Source of the DNA: Candidatus Saccharimonadales bacterium
GTDB taxonomy: Bacteria; Patescibacteriota; Saccharimonadia; Saccharimonadales; UBA4665
Assembly: GCA_035309745.1 (NCBI GenBank)
Contig: DATGEW010000007.1
Location: forward strand, 1 to 39,630
Direction: 5' to 3'
DNA: 39,630 nucleotides
Shown: positions 1 to 9,314 of the stretch, in pieces
Numbering within the stretch: position 1 is the stretch's first letter
Layout of the letters: the number at the start of each line of letters is the position of its first letter
The notes under the pieces: generated by a model
Told to the model about the DNA's origin: nothing
The model's database searches: none
The model's input: only the letters and a program-made list of their open reading frames with translations
Translations under genes and position numbers: made by a program

Positions 1-207
1 GGTAAAATTACCCGTATCACTCCGTTCGGCGCATTTGTGCAGCTTTCGCCCAGCGTGGAAGCGCTCGTGCACGTTTCAGAAATGAGCGACGACGAAACCG
101 TTGACCCGCAGCAGATCTTCAAGCTCAACGAAAAGAAGCAGTTCAAGGTACTCGACATCGATGAAGATGCCCGTAAAATTGCCCTGAGCCTCAAAAACGC
201 TAAATAG
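1..207 (+). CDS. rpsA: 30S ribosomal protein S1, C-terminal part (5' truncated by window)
   Basis: Frame 1 reads GKITRITPFGAFVQLSPSVEALVHVSEM...RKIALSLKNAK* with TAG at 205-207. FGAFV..L.H.SE..I.LS is the S1-domain signature. Not in the ORF track. Confidence 0.85.
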   Translation, partial: GKITRITPFGAFVQLSPSVEALVHVSEMSDDETVDPQQIFKLNEKKQFKVLDIDEDARKIALSLKNAK

Positions 208-254
208 TATGTAGTTAATAACAACGCCGATAGTCGGCAGAAAGGAGTGCGGTA

Positions 255-2018
255 GTGGCACGGACGATCGAAATCGACGATATGATCACTGTCGGCACTC
301 TAGCCGAGAAATTGGCATTGCCGGTAACCCGCCTCATTGGCGAACTTATGAAAAACGGCGTGATGGCCACGGTAAACGAGCGTATCGACTTTGATACGGC
401 GCAGATTATCGTAGGAGAGCTTGGCCTGGACGTTGAATTGACGCATACGCAGCAAGAAGTACAGCTGCCAACGCGCACCGAACGGCATAGCACCAGCGAC
501 AAGGCGGTTACTCGTCCTCCGGTAGTGGCGGTGATGGGGCACGTCGACCACGGCAAGACAAGCTTGCTGGACGCTATTCGCGGCGCGCAGGTAGCGAAAG
601 GTGAAGCGGGGGGCATTACGCAGCACATCTCGGCCTACCAAATTTTGCATAACGGCCGGGCGATTACCTTTTTAGATACACCCGGGCACGAGGCGTTTGC
701 CGCTATCCGGGAACATGGCGCGCACCTCACCGATATTGCCATTATTGTGGTGGCCGCCGATGACGGCATTAAGCCGCAAACACTGGAGGCGATCCGTTTC
801 GCGCGTAAGGCCGGCGTGAAAATTATTGTGGCTATTAACAAAGTCGATAAAGAAGGCGCCGACGCGAACCGCGTGAAGCAGCAGCTGGCAGAGCAAAACC
901 TGTTGGTTGAGGAGTGGGGCGGCGACACCGTGGCTGTTGAGGTGTCGGCTAAGACCAAGCAGGGCATAGACGGCCTCCTGGACATGATCCTTTTGGTAGC
1001 CGACGTGGAGGACTTCCGCGCTGAGGTGGATGGCTCGGCAACCGGACTGGTTATTGAAGCGCATGTTGAACAGGGCCGTGGTCCGGTGGCTCATGCGCTG
1101 GTTGAGGAAGGCACCTTACGTCTGGGCGATTTTGTTGTCGCCGGCACAACGTACGCTAAAATTCGTACGCTCGAGACCACCGATGGCAAGCCGATTAAAA
1201 CGGCTGGCCCTTCGACGCCGGTTGTTATCGCCGGGTTCAAGGCTTTGCCGGAATTTGGCGACGCCTTCCATGTGGTGAAAGATGAAAAAATTGCGCGCGC
1301 CCAGGCTGGGCAGCTTGCCGTTCAGAAGCGGAGTGCCGGCGCTACCGGCGACATGAGCAGCAGTGAGCTCATCCGCATCATCAACCGTAACAACCAGGTG
1401 ACCGAACTGAATATTATTGTGCGAGCCGATGTACAAGGCTCGCTCACCTCTGTTATTGATAGTTTGAAAGGGCTGGACACCGAGGAAGTCGCCGTACGTG
1501 TGGTAAGCTCCGGCGTCGGCTCGATAACCGATAACGATGTGCACACGGCAGGCACAAGCGGTGCCGTGATCTACGGCTTTAACGTTATTGCGCCACCTGC
1601 GGTGAAGCGCCTGGCAGCCCGCGACAAAGTAGAAGTCCGACTGTATAACATCATTTACGAGCTTATCGACGACGTTAAGGAAGAGTTGAGCAAATTGCTC
1701 GCTCCAGAGGTGGTCGAGACAGAACTCGGCAGGCTCGTCGTGCGCGCTCTTTTCAAGACGACCAAGACGGAAGTAATTTGTGGCGGCGAAGTGACGAAAG
1801 GGCGGCTGGTGACCCCAGCGCTGGCGCACATTATGCGTGACGGCCAACAGCTGGCCGAAGTGCAAATAACCAACCTGAAGCGCGGCCCGCAAGACGTAAA
1901 AGAAGTATTAGAGGGTGAGATGTGCGGCCTCAGCTTCCATTCCGAGGCACGGGTAGATTTGCAAGAAGGCGATCACATCGAAGTCTTTACCCGTGAAACA
2001 GTAACGCGCAAGCTGTAG
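255..2018 (+). CDS. infB: Translation initiation factor IF-2 (short form)
   Basis: RPPVVAVMGHVDHGKT, GGITQHI, DTPGHEAF and NKVD motifs. GTG start with AAGGAG at 242-247. Confidence 0.97.
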   Translation: MARTIEIDDMITVGTLAEKLALPVTRLIGELMKNGVMATVNERIDFDTAQIIVGELGLDVELTHTQQEVQLPTRTERHSTSDKAVTRPPVVAVMGHVDHGKTSLLDAIRGAQVAKGEAGGITQHISAYQILHNGRAITFLDTPGHEAFAAIREHGAHLTDIAIIVVAADDGIKPQTLEAIRFARKAGVKIIVAINKVDKEGADANRVKQQLAEQNLLVEEWGGDTVAVEVSAKTKQGIDGLLDMILLVADVEDFRAEVDGSATGLVIEAHVEQGRGPVAHALVEEGTLRLGDFVVAGTTYAKIRTLETTDGKPIKTAGPSTPVVIAGFKALPEFGDAFHVVKDEKIARAQAGQLAVQKRSAGATGDMSSSELIRIINRNNQVTELNIIVRADVQGSLTSVIDSLKGLDTEEVAVRVVSSGVGSITDNDVHTAGTSGAVIYGFNVIAPPAVKRLAARDKVEVRLYNIIYELIDDVKEELSKLLAPEVVETELGRLVVRALFKTTKTEVICGGEVTKGRLVTPALAHIMRDGQQLAEVQITNLKRGPQDVKEVLEGEMCGLSFHSEARVDLQEGDHIEVFTRETVTRKL

Positions 2019-2069
2019 TTTTGCTTTCGCCAAACATGTTAGAATGAACGTAGAGAGGAAATTGCGTAC

Positions 2070-2792
2070 ATGATTAAGCTCGACGATGACTTACTGCAAG
2101 AACTTGGCCTTGCTCATTTGCCTCCCGAAGAGAAGAAAAAACTGTTGGCGCACATTTATGAAACGCTTGAAATGCGCGTTGGAATGAAGCTTGCCGAGCA
2201 GATGAGCGACGCGCAGCTGAGCGAGTTTGAGCAGTTTATCGACCGCAACGACGAAGCCGGCGCGTTGCAGTGGCTCGAGCGTAATTTTCCCAATTACAAA
2301 GATGTGGTGGCGAGCGAATTTGACGTTCTAAAGAATGAGATTCGTCAGGTGGCGCCGCATATTTTAGCGGCGAGCACCGGCGGCGGAAATGGTGGCATGC
2401 CAGCCCCTGGTCCGACTCCGCCGGGGCAGCCCATGCCTCCAAACAGCTTTCAGGGGCAGCCGCAATACAATCCGGGAGCCAATCCGGCAGCAACCCTGCA
2501 GCCGCAGCCATTCGGACCTGCGCCGCAACCTCCCATGTCCGCCGGTCCGGCTCTGAACCCTGTGCAGTCGCAACCATATAGCCAGCCAGGAGCTAACCCT
2601 ATGCCACCGCAGCCTCCGATGCCTGCGCCGGGTTATCAGCAGCCAGCTCCAATGGGGCCGATGCCCGGCATGCCCGGTGGGGGCGGCCTGCAAACACCGT
2701 TTTCTCCTCAGCCTGGTCAGCCAGACCCACAGGGTCAGCCGCAAGACCAAAACCCGCAACAATCGTGGCAACAGCCGCCTCAGCAATATTAA
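2070..2792 (+). CDS. DUF5663-like helical protein with long Pro/Gln/Gly low-complexity tail
   Basis: N-terminal ~95 aa (LLQELGL..LP.EEK..LL..IYETLEMRVG..L...SD.QL.EF) resembles the CPR DUF5663 family from memory. C-terminal ~140 aa is P/Q/G/M-rich. GAGG upstream. Confidence 0.7.
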   Translation: MIKLDDDLLQELGLAHLPPEEKKKLLAHIYETLEMRVGMKLAEQMSDAQLSEFEQFIDRNDEAGALQWLERNFPNYKDVVASEFDVLKNEIRQVAPHILAASTGGGNGGMPAPGPTPPGQPMPPNSFQGQPQYNPGANPAATLQPQPFGPAPQPPMSAGPALNPVQSQPYSQPGANPMPPQPPMPAPGYQQPAPMGPMPGMPGGGGLQTPFSPQPGQPDPQGQPQDQNPQQSWQQPPQQY

Positions 2793-3718
2793 AGCGGTAG
2801 TTGCTTTGTATAGCCGGCCAGGAATGCTTGGCCGGTCATTTCTTGCTTGCCGGCTGGCTTCAGGCGATCGATAGCCAGACTCTGCTCGCCGCAGCGTACT
2901 ACGAGCTGACCATTTATAGTGGCAAGCGTACCCGGCGTACCCCCTTCGTCGATCACGTGGGCCTGAGTTATTACCCCATCAATCTTGCCGAGCGTGGCCC
3001 GGCTTTTGGGCCAGCCGCTAAATGCGCGGATTTCGCGTTCCAGCGCGGCTGCGGATTTATGCCAATCGAGTATGCCGTCTTCTTTGGTGAGCTTGCGCGA
3101 ATATGAAACCTCGCGCCCGGTTATCGTTTGCGGTGCGCCGTGTGGCCCGGTCTCATCGGCGGTTTCCAAATAGCGCGGAATTTCGTGCGCCAGCAGGGCA
3201 TCGCTGAGGGTAATGAGCCCATCGGTAAGTTCAGGTGTGGTACATCCTTCCGGAATGTTGTATTCGCCGTAGGCCAGCAGCGGACCTTCGTCCATCGCCG
3301 CCACTAAAAACATCAGGCTCACGCCGGTCTGTTTCTGGCCGCTTAAAATCGCAAAAGTAATCGGGTCGGCGCCCCGCCACTCCGGCAGAATGGAAAAGTG
3401 GCTGTTAATAATACCCAGGGGGAAGTAATTGATAACCATTTGCGACACGATGATACCAAAGTCGATGAGTATGCCCAGCCGCGCCTTGACGGGCGAGTGG
3501 GCAAAGAGCTCGTCGAGCTCGGCTTTGCTGCTTATGGTGTGAGTGGTGAGCCCAAGTTTTTCGGCCAAGGCCAGCACGGGCACATCGCCGCGGTGGTGCG
3601 GCGGCCGCGGCTTGGTCACTACCGCCTCAATAGGAAATTTTTGTGCGAGCAGCCGCAGGCTTTCGGCCGCAACCGGACCGCTACCAAAGAAGACGATTGG
3701 TTCGGACATCTGTTTCAT
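2789..3718 (-). CDS. fmt: Methionyl-tRNA formyltransferase
   Basis: IVFFGS, INSHFSILPEWRGADPI, MDEGP, KLTKEDG.LDW and REIRAFSGWP motifs. Lies downstream of def. Start could be 3709. Confidence 0.95.
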   Translation of the reverse strand: MKQMSEPIVFFGSGPVAAESLRLLAQKFPIEAVVTKPRPPHHRGDVPVLALAEKLGLTTHTISSKAELDELFAHSPVKARLGILIDFGIIVSQMVINYFPLGIINSHFSILPEWRGADPITFAILSGQKQTGVSLMFLVAAMDEGPLLAYGEYNIPEGCTTPELTDGLITLSDALLAHEIPRYLETADETGPHGAPQTITGREVSYSRKLTKEDGILDWHKSAAALEREIRAFSGWPKSRATLGKIDGVITQAHVIDEGGTPGTLATINGQLVVRCGEQSLAIDRLKPAGKQEMTGQAFLAGYTKQLPL

Positions 3719-4253
3719 AGTTAAGTTGCTCTAACTTGCCGTCTTCTTGCAGTTTGAAGAATGCTTTGGGGTTGTCCTTGATATGGTCTATAAACACGAT
3801 GCCGTTGGTGTGGTCAACTTCGTGCTGGAAAACGCGTGCCAAAAAGCCTTCGGCGGTAATACGGAACTCGCGGCCGGACGCATCTTGGGCACGGACGCGC
3901 ACTTTGTGATAGCGGGGAACCTTGCCGTATACGTCCGGCACGCTGAGGCAGCCTTCATAATCTTCCTCTATTTCACCCTCGTACTTGGTAATGACCGGAT
4001 TGATGAATACCGTGAACGATTTGTCATCTTTGTTGTCAAAATCGTTACGGATGACGATGACACGCAGCGGCTGGTCGATTTGGATCGCGGCGAGGGCGAC
4101 ACCAACTTCGTGCTCGCGGCTATCTTCCCAATCGATGGTCGCCGACTTCATATTTTCGATGAGCTGCGTAACTTCGGGGGTGACAATGCCGATTTTTTTA
4201 GATCGTTCGCGGAGGTGTTGGTTGGGCAAGGTGATAATGTCGTCTTTGGTCAT
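3681..4253 (-). CDS. def: Peptide deformylase
   Basis: GVALAAIQ, EGCLS and QHEVDH motifs. Overlaps the fmt start. Confidence 0.96.
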   Translation of the reverse strand: MTKDDIITLPNQHLRERSKKIGIVTPEVTQLIENMKSATIDWEDSREHEVGVALAAIQIDQPLRVIVIRNDFDNKDDKSFTVFINPVITKYEGEIEEDYEGCLSVPDVYGKVPRYHKVRVRAQDASGREFRITAEGFLARVFQHEVDHTNGIVFIDHIKDNPKAFFKLQEDGKLEQLNYETDVRTNRLLW

Positions 4254-4286
4254 GTGCCCTCAAGTATACCGGACGAACAGAGATAA

Positions 4287-6212
4287 TTACAACAGATTCA
4301 TGGGATCAATGTCGTACGACCAGTTGGCTGGCAGATCGTGGATAATTGTCACCAGTTCGGATCGCTGCCGGGCTTTTACAATAAGTTGCCAGGTAAACTT
4401 GCCCTGAACCTTTTCATGGAAGGCAGGAGCGGGGCCTTCGACCTGCACGCGCGGATGCTGTTTGGTGAGCTGTTCGGCGAGTTGGGTGCTCGTGGTTTGC
4501 GCGCTGCGGACGCTGGCCCGTCGGCAGCTCAATTTCAAGAGATAGCAAAAAGGCGGGAAGTTGTACGTGCGGCGCTCCTGCAGCTCAGCCTGGTAAAATA
4601 GATCCCATTGCTTGCCGAGTATTGCCTGCAGTAGCGGGCTCTCGGGATTATACGTTTGGACGACAGCTTGGCCAAAGCGGTGTCCGCGGCCGACCCTTCC
4701 CAAAACCTGGCTGAGTAGCTGGTAGGTGCGCTCCTGTGCGGTAAAGTCGGGGAAATACAGGCTTGTATCGGCCATCACCACGCCAACGAGGCTCAGCTTC
4801 GGCAGGTCGAGTCCTTTGGCGAGCGTTTGCGTGCCGACTAAAATATCTACCTCGCCGCGGCGAACCGCATCGTAATGCTGTTCGATGCGCTCGCCTTTTT
4901 TGTTATCGGTATCGAAGCGCATAATGCGCGCGCCAGGGAACAGACGCGCCGCTTCATCGGCAACTGCCTTGGTACCAATGCTTTTAAAGACGACAGAAGC
5001 GTTGTGGCATACCGGGCAGCTCGGCGGCACACTCGTTTTATATTCGCAGCTATGGCAGCGCATGATATGAGCGTCGCCATGGTAAACCAGGGGCAAATCG
5101 CAGTGCGGGCAGGCGGCCTGCCAACCGCAGGCGTCGCAGAAGATCACACGGGCAGTGCCGCGACGATTCAAAAATAACAGTGTTTGCTCCTGATTTTTTA
5201 ATGCGCCGGCCATTGCCTCTAGCAACGTGCTCGATAAAAACGAGCTTTTTGTAAATTGGCCGCGATCTCGCAGATCGACAATCCGGACTTGCTTGGGGCT
5301 GAAATCGCTGGCAATGGCCGGCTGCAGCATCCGTACCAGCGGCCGTTGTTTTGCCTGCGTAATGTAATAATCGCTGACCAGCGGCGTGGCCGAACCCAGG
5401 ACGAGCGTCGCTTGTTCAAGACTGGCCCGTTTCGCTGCGACCGTAGTAGCGTGGTAATAGGGCGCTTGGTCTTGTTTGTAGGCGGTCTCGTGGGCTTCAT
5501 CTACTACCATGAGTCCGACATGCGCCAGCGGGCTAAATAGCGCTGAGCGCGCCCCAATAACAACGAGCGGCTGCTGCGCATTGAGCGTCGCAAACCATAG
5601 ACGTTCGCGCGCCGCATCCGTCAGACCGGAGTGCACAACGAGCACCCGCTCGCCAAACACTGCGGCAAAATCGCTCGCCAGTTGCGAGGTGAGGCCGATC
5701 TCGGGCGTTAAAATAATGGCCGATTTTCCTTTGGCCAACGCCTGCCGGGCAAGCTCAATATACACCCGCGTTTTGCCGCTGCCGGTTTCGCCGTGCAGTA
5801 AATGGAGGCCGGGACCGGCAAGTTGCCGGATCGCGGACTGTTGCTCTGTAGTGAGGGGCGGTAATGCTGGCTTCGGCCCTTCAGGCAGGGAAGCGTTAAA
5901 GGGTTTTTTGGGCACGCCCTTCGGTAGAAAGAGTTGCGTGGTAATGCCCAGCGGCGCGGGGTAATACGTCCGCATCCACTCCAGCAAGGAGAGAAGCGTA
6001 GGAGGGAGGGGTGGCGCAGCTATCCGCTCGCTCATCGTTTTGACAGCAAAATGGGGTTCCTTAACCGTGCCCATGACGACGCCAAGCACCTGTTTACTAC
6101 GCAAGGGCACGGTCACCAGCTGGCCGCGGGGCAGCGATAGATCTGCCGCATAAGTCAGCGGTTCGTTGCCGTGATATGTTTGATCGGCGACGAGCACCTC
6201 AATATATCCCAT
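4287..6212 (-). CDS. priA: Primosomal protein N' (replication restart helicase)
   Basis: GETGSGKT, DEAH, SATP, LNRRG, four CxxC pairs, GTQTLAKGLD and GRVGR. priA-def-fmt synteny. Confidence 0.96.
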   Translation of the reverse strand: MGYIEVLVADQTYHGNEPLTYAADLSLPRGQLVTVPLRSKQVLGVVMGTVKEPHFAVKTMSERIAAPPLPPTLLSLLEWMRTYYPAPLGITTQLFLPKGVPKKPFNASLPEGPKPALPPLTTEQQSAIRQLAGPGLHLLHGETGSGKTRVYIELARQALAKGKSAIILTPEIGLTSQLASDFAAVFGERVLVVHSGLTDAARERLWFATLNAQQPLVVIGARSALFSPLAHVGLMVVDEAHETAYKQDQAPYYHATTVAAKRASLEQATLVLGSATPLVSDYYITQAKQRPLVRMLQPAIASDFSPKQVRIVDLRDRGQFTKSSFLSSTLLEAMAGALKNQEQTLLFLNRRGTARVIFCDACGWQAACPHCDLPLVYHGDAHIMRCHSCEYKTSVPPSCPVCHNASVVFKSIGTKAVADEAARLFPGARIMRFDTDNKKGERIEQHYDAVRRGEVDILVGTQTLAKGLDLPKLSLVGVVMADTSLYFPDFTAQERTYQLLSQVLGRVGRGHRFGQAVVQTYNPESPLLQAILGKQWDLFYQAELQERRTYNFPPFCYLLKLSCRRASVRSAQTTSTQLAEQLTKQHPRVQVEGPAPAFHEKVQGKFTWQLIVKARQRSELVTIIHDLPANWSYDIDPMNLL

Positions 6213-6224
6213 GCTTGCATTATA
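6213..6224 (-). promoter_or_regulatory. -10 box of priA, probable leaderless transcript
   Basis: Minus strand reads TATAAT-GCAAGC-ATG: -10 box 6 nt from the start codon, no room for an SD. Confidence 0.6.
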
Positions 6225-6255
6225 GGGGTTTTATGAGCAAAATCGGCAAAATGAG

Positions 6256-6284
6256 TTGAAAACCTATCGCGGCTCGGCTATACT
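6256..6284 (+). promoter_or_regulatory. Sigma70-type promoter of the wHTH gene
   Basis: TTGAAA(6256-61)-17 bp-TATACT(6279-84). Confidence 0.65.
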
Positions 6285-6318
6285 CGTATGTACGTTGTTC
6301 GAATGACAATAGGGGCTT

Positions 6319-6606
6319 ATGTTAGACGTATTCATCACATCACGAGTTCGGCGGAAGATTATTGTTATCTATGCCAAATATCCCGATTTCAAAACCCACG
6401 TGCGCGGGCTGGCGAAGCTCATTAAAGAAGATGCCGGTAATATTCAGCGCGAACTCAAACGTCTCGAAAAAGTCGGTTTCCTGATTTCGGAAAAGCAGGG
6501 AAACACTAAAATCTACCACACCAACAAGCAGTTCGCTATCTTTAAGGAACTGCAAAGCATCGTGCTGAAGTCGCAGCGCGCCGCCCAAAAGAAGCAAATG
6601 GTATAG
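6319..6606 (+). CDS. Winged helix-turn-helix DNA-binding protein (ArsR/MarR-like)
   Basis: HVRGLAKLIKEDAGNIQRELKRLEKVGFL helix-turn-helix followed by an EKQGNTKIY wing hairpin; 95 aa, basic. Confidence 0.75.
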   Translation: MLDVFITSRVRRKIIVIYAKYPDFKTHVRGLAKLIKEDAGNIQRELKRLEKVGFLISEKQGNTKIYHTNKQFAIFKELQSIVLKSQRAAQKKQMV

Positions 6607-6610
6607 CTAC

Positions 6611-6639
6611 TTGCAAATAAACCCCTGTTACGCTAGAAT
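6611..6639 (+). promoter_or_regulatory. Promoter of rpsU-yqeY-adk-map
   Basis: TTGCAA(6611-16)-17 bp-TAGAAT(6634-39), 9 nt before the ATG. Confidence 0.65.
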
Positions 6640-6648
6640 AAAACCGAT

Positions 6649-6864
6649 ATGATACAAGTTACCCGTAAAGACAACAAAGAGTCGCTCGAAAACCTCCTGC
6701 GGCGTTTTAACCGCAAGGTGCAGCAAGCCGGCGTTATTGCCGTCGTAAAGCAAGCCCAGTTTTTTGAGAAGCCCATCAGCAAGCGCGAACGTCGCAACAA
6801 GGCGATTATTCGTGCCCAGCGCAAGGCGCTCAAGCTTAAGAAAATAAAACTCGGTCAACGGTAG
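6649..6864 (+). CDS. rpsU: 30S ribosomal protein S21
   Basis: ESLENLLRRFNRKV...FFEKPISKRERR; 71 aa, basic; rpsU-yqeY synteny. Confidence 0.9.
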   Translation: MIQVTRKDNKESLENLLRRFNRKVQQAGVIAVVKQAQFFEKPISKRERRNKAIIRAQRKALKLKKIKLGQR

Positions 6865-6867
6865 GCG

Positions 6868-7323
6868 ATGCTGAAAGAGCGTATTGACCAGGACTTGAAA
6901 AAAGCACTCCTGGCCGGTGATAAGTCGCTTGCTACCACGCTACGTGGCCTGAAGAGTGTTATTTTGTATGCCGAAGTGGCTGCTGGTAGCCGTGATACGG
7001 GTTTGCCCGACGAAGAGATTACTGCGCTTCTGGCCAAAGAAGCCAAAAAACGTCAGGAGAGCGCCGACCTCTACACGAAAGGCGGCAGCGCCGAACGCGC
7101 CGAGGCCGAGCTTGCCGAAAAGCGCGTTATTGAATCGTATTTGCCAAAGCAACTGTCCGACGACGAGCTCAAACAACTGGTAGACGCCGTTGTAAAAGAG
7201 CTTGGTGCGTCCACGCCGCAAGCCATGGGCCAAGTGATTAGTAAGGTAAAAGAGAAGTCAAATGGCGCTGCCGACGGAGCCCGCGTTGCAGCGGCAGTAA
7301 AAGAAAGGTTGTCCGTTTCATGA
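6868..7323 (+). CDS. yqeY: GatB/YqeY domain protein
   Basis: LKERIDQDLKKAL, KEAKKRQESA..Y, YLPKQLS, MGQVI and ADG motifs. Confidence 0.9.
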   Translation: MLKERIDQDLKKALLAGDKSLATTLRGLKSVILYAEVAAGSRDTGLPDEEITALLAKEAKKRQESADLYTKGGSAERAEAELAEKRVIESYLPKQLSDDELKQLVDAVVKELGASTPQAMGQVISKVKEKSNGAADGARVAAAVKERLSVS

Positions 7324-7853
7324 TCATCCTGATGGGTGTTGCCGGTGCCGGCAAAAGCATGCAAGGTAAAATTTTAGCCGACGAGCACGGTTACGCCTGG
7401 ATTTCTACCGGCGAAATTTTGCGCGTACTGGTGACGGGGAAGCGCCGCCACGAAATGCTGCAGGGCAAACTGCTCAGCGACGAAGAAATGATCAACCTCA
7501 TGGACAAGGTGCTCGAGCTTATCGACACCAAGCAAGAGTTTGTGCTCGATGGTTTTCCGCGCACCGTGCCGCAGGCCGATTGGCTGCTCGAACAGGTGCA
7601 CAAAGGCCGTTTTGCTTTGAGCGCCGTCATTCATCTCACGGCTTCCGAGGACGTCGTGCGTTCCCGGTTGCTCGACCGTGCCCGTCCAGATGATACCGAA
7701 GAAGCCATTGCTCAGCGCTTTAGCGAGTACCGTACGGTGACATTACCCATTATCGAGCACCTCAAAAAAGAGGGCGCCACGGTGTGCGATATCGATGCTG
7801 CTCAGGAGCCGCGCACGGTGCACGATGCGATTTTAGACTGCATCGATAAGTAG
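7320..7853 (+). CDS. adk: Adenylate kinase, short-LID type
   Basis: GVAGAGKS P-loop, ISTGEILR, LDGFPRT..QA and R.R.DD; precedes map. Confidence 0.9.
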   Translation: MIILMGVAGAGKSMQGKILADEHGYAWISTGEILRVLVTGKRRHEMLQGKLLSDEEMINLMDKVLELIDTKQEFVLDGFPRTVPQADWLLEQVHKGRFALSAVIHLTASEDVVRSRLLDRARPDDTEEAIAQRFSEYRTVTLPIIEHLKKEGATVCDIDAAQEPRTVHDAILDCIDK

Positions 7854-7858
7854 GCGAT

Positions 7859-8611
7859 ATGACAAGCACGGTGAAAACCGAAATTGAGATTGCGGCAATG
7901 CGGGAGAGCGGCCGCATGCTGGCGACCGTGCTGCAACTCATGAAAGACAAGTGCAAGCCCGGCCTGACCCCGCAAGATATGTCGCTGCTCGCCCGCGCCG
8001 AACTAAAACGCTTGGGCGGCGAGCCTGCCTTTCTTGGCTTTTACGGTTACCCGGATATTATTTGCATTTCGGTGAACGATCAAGTGCAGCACAGCATTCC
8101 CGGTACCCGGCCGTTTGAGGCGGGCGATGTGGTGAATTTTGACTTCGGCGTGAAGCACAAAGGAATGATTACCGATGCCGGCATAAGCGTGTGCGTAGGT
8201 GGTAAAACCACCCCGGACACCGCACGGCTCATCCAGGGAACCGAGCGGGCGCTGCGCGAAGGCATTGGGGTGGTGCGCGCCGGTTGTCATGTGGGCGATA
8301 TCTCGGCCGCCATTGAGCGGACGCTGCGCAAGCATCGCCTGGGCATTGTACGGGAACTGGTGGGGCACGGGGTGGGTCACGAACTGCATGAAGATCCGGA
8401 AATTCCCAACTACGGCCGCGCGGGCACGGGTATGGTGCTCAAAGCGGGACAGACGATTGCGATCGAACCAATCACCACGCTGGGCGATCCGGCCATTTAC
8501 CAGGCGAAGGACGGCTGGACGCTTTATACGGCCGATGGATCGTGGTCTGCTCAATTTGAACACACCGTACTGGTCACTTCTACCGGCTGCGAAATTCTCA
8601 CCCAGCTATAA
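7859..8611 (+). CDS. map: Methionine aminopeptidase type I
   Basis: CISVND..HSIP, DFG...TD, GHGVG.ELHEDP, AIEP and SAQFEHT metal ligands. Confidence 0.96.
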   Translation: MTSTVKTEIEIAAMRESGRMLATVLQLMKDKCKPGLTPQDMSLLARAELKRLGGEPAFLGFYGYPDIICISVNDQVQHSIPGTRPFEAGDVVNFDFGVKHKGMITDAGISVCVGGKTTPDTARLIQGTERALREGIGVVRAGCHVGDISAAIERTLRKHRLGIVRELVGHGVGHELHEDPEIPNYGRAGTGMVLKAGQTIAIEPITTLGDPAIYQAKDGWTLYTADGSWSAQFEHTVLVTSTGCEILTQL

Positions 8612-9214
8612 CGGTTTATAAGAGAGCGGCGTGCAGGGCAGACCCCGCTTGATCCCTCGCAGGGCAATGTCTGCTATATTTTCGTATCCAAGAATACGGT
8701 AGAAGTGCACATCAACTGCCGAAGGTGTGTCGGGCATTGCCAGAATAGTGGCGTAGTCCAGTTTTGTATGAGCTCCTTTGACGCATGTACTTGGCCACCA
8801 TGCCATAATTCCGAGAGCCGCAGCTACCCCAAAGTACACCCCAGAGAAGGCCTCATAATCTAGACTGTTAGCAGCTTCTAGATGTCGTCTCTCGTGAATA
8901 ACATTTTGTCTAGCCTGCTCTTCCCAGGCGGTAGTTTGCTCAGGTGTCAGGTTCTGCTGTCGGGCTAGCTCCGTTACTATGAGAGGCATTTCCCTAACAT
9001 CGTGCGCAATAATGTGCCATGGCGGAACGGTAACGCCTTCTCGTACGCTCCGAAAGCGAAAATGGTCTGGTTCTACATGAATGTCGGCGGGTAGGTCTAC
9101 GATGTGGGGATTTCTTTCGGCGGTTAATGAGGGTGAAAGATTACCGTCGGCTGTCATGACGATGGCTCCAGGGTTTTCAACGGCACACCTAACGCGCTGT
9201 GAGAGAGAATGCAT
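8606..9214 (-). CDS. Orphan hypothetical protein with HExxH motif
   Basis: Open frame with AT-richer codons. Start reassigned to ATG 9214 because TATAAT lies 6 nt upstream. Contains VIHERRH followed by a hydrophobic stretch. Confidence 0.55.
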   Translation of the reverse strand: MHSLSQRVRCAVENPGAIVMTADGNLSPSLTAERNPHIVDLPADIHVEPDHFRFRSVREGVTVPPWHIIAHDVREMPLIVTELARQQNLTPEQTTAWEEQARQNVIHERRHLEAANSLDYEAFSGVYFGVAAALGIMAWWPSTCVKGAHTKLDYATILAMPDTPSAVDVHFYRILGYENIADIALRGIKRGLPCTPLSYKPL

Positions 9215-9276
9215 AGGTATATTATACAATATTTATTATTCTTTGTGTAGTATTCCGACGCGGCCCGCTGGCCGAC

Positions 9277-9306
9277 TTGCCTACACACAAGGGTAAGCGG
9301 TATACT
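9277..9306 (+). promoter_or_regulatory. ftsA promoter (leaderless or near-leaderless)
   Basis: TTGCCT(9277-82)-18 bp-TATACT(9301-06), 8 nt before ATG 9315. Confidence 0.55.
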
Positions 9307-9314
9307 GCATCTAT

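Noticed and set aside
1985-2000. parS-like CTTTACCCGTGAAACA in the infB 3' end
   Set aside because: Four mismatches to TGTTTCACGTGAAACA, only one good half-site, and explained by coding sequence.
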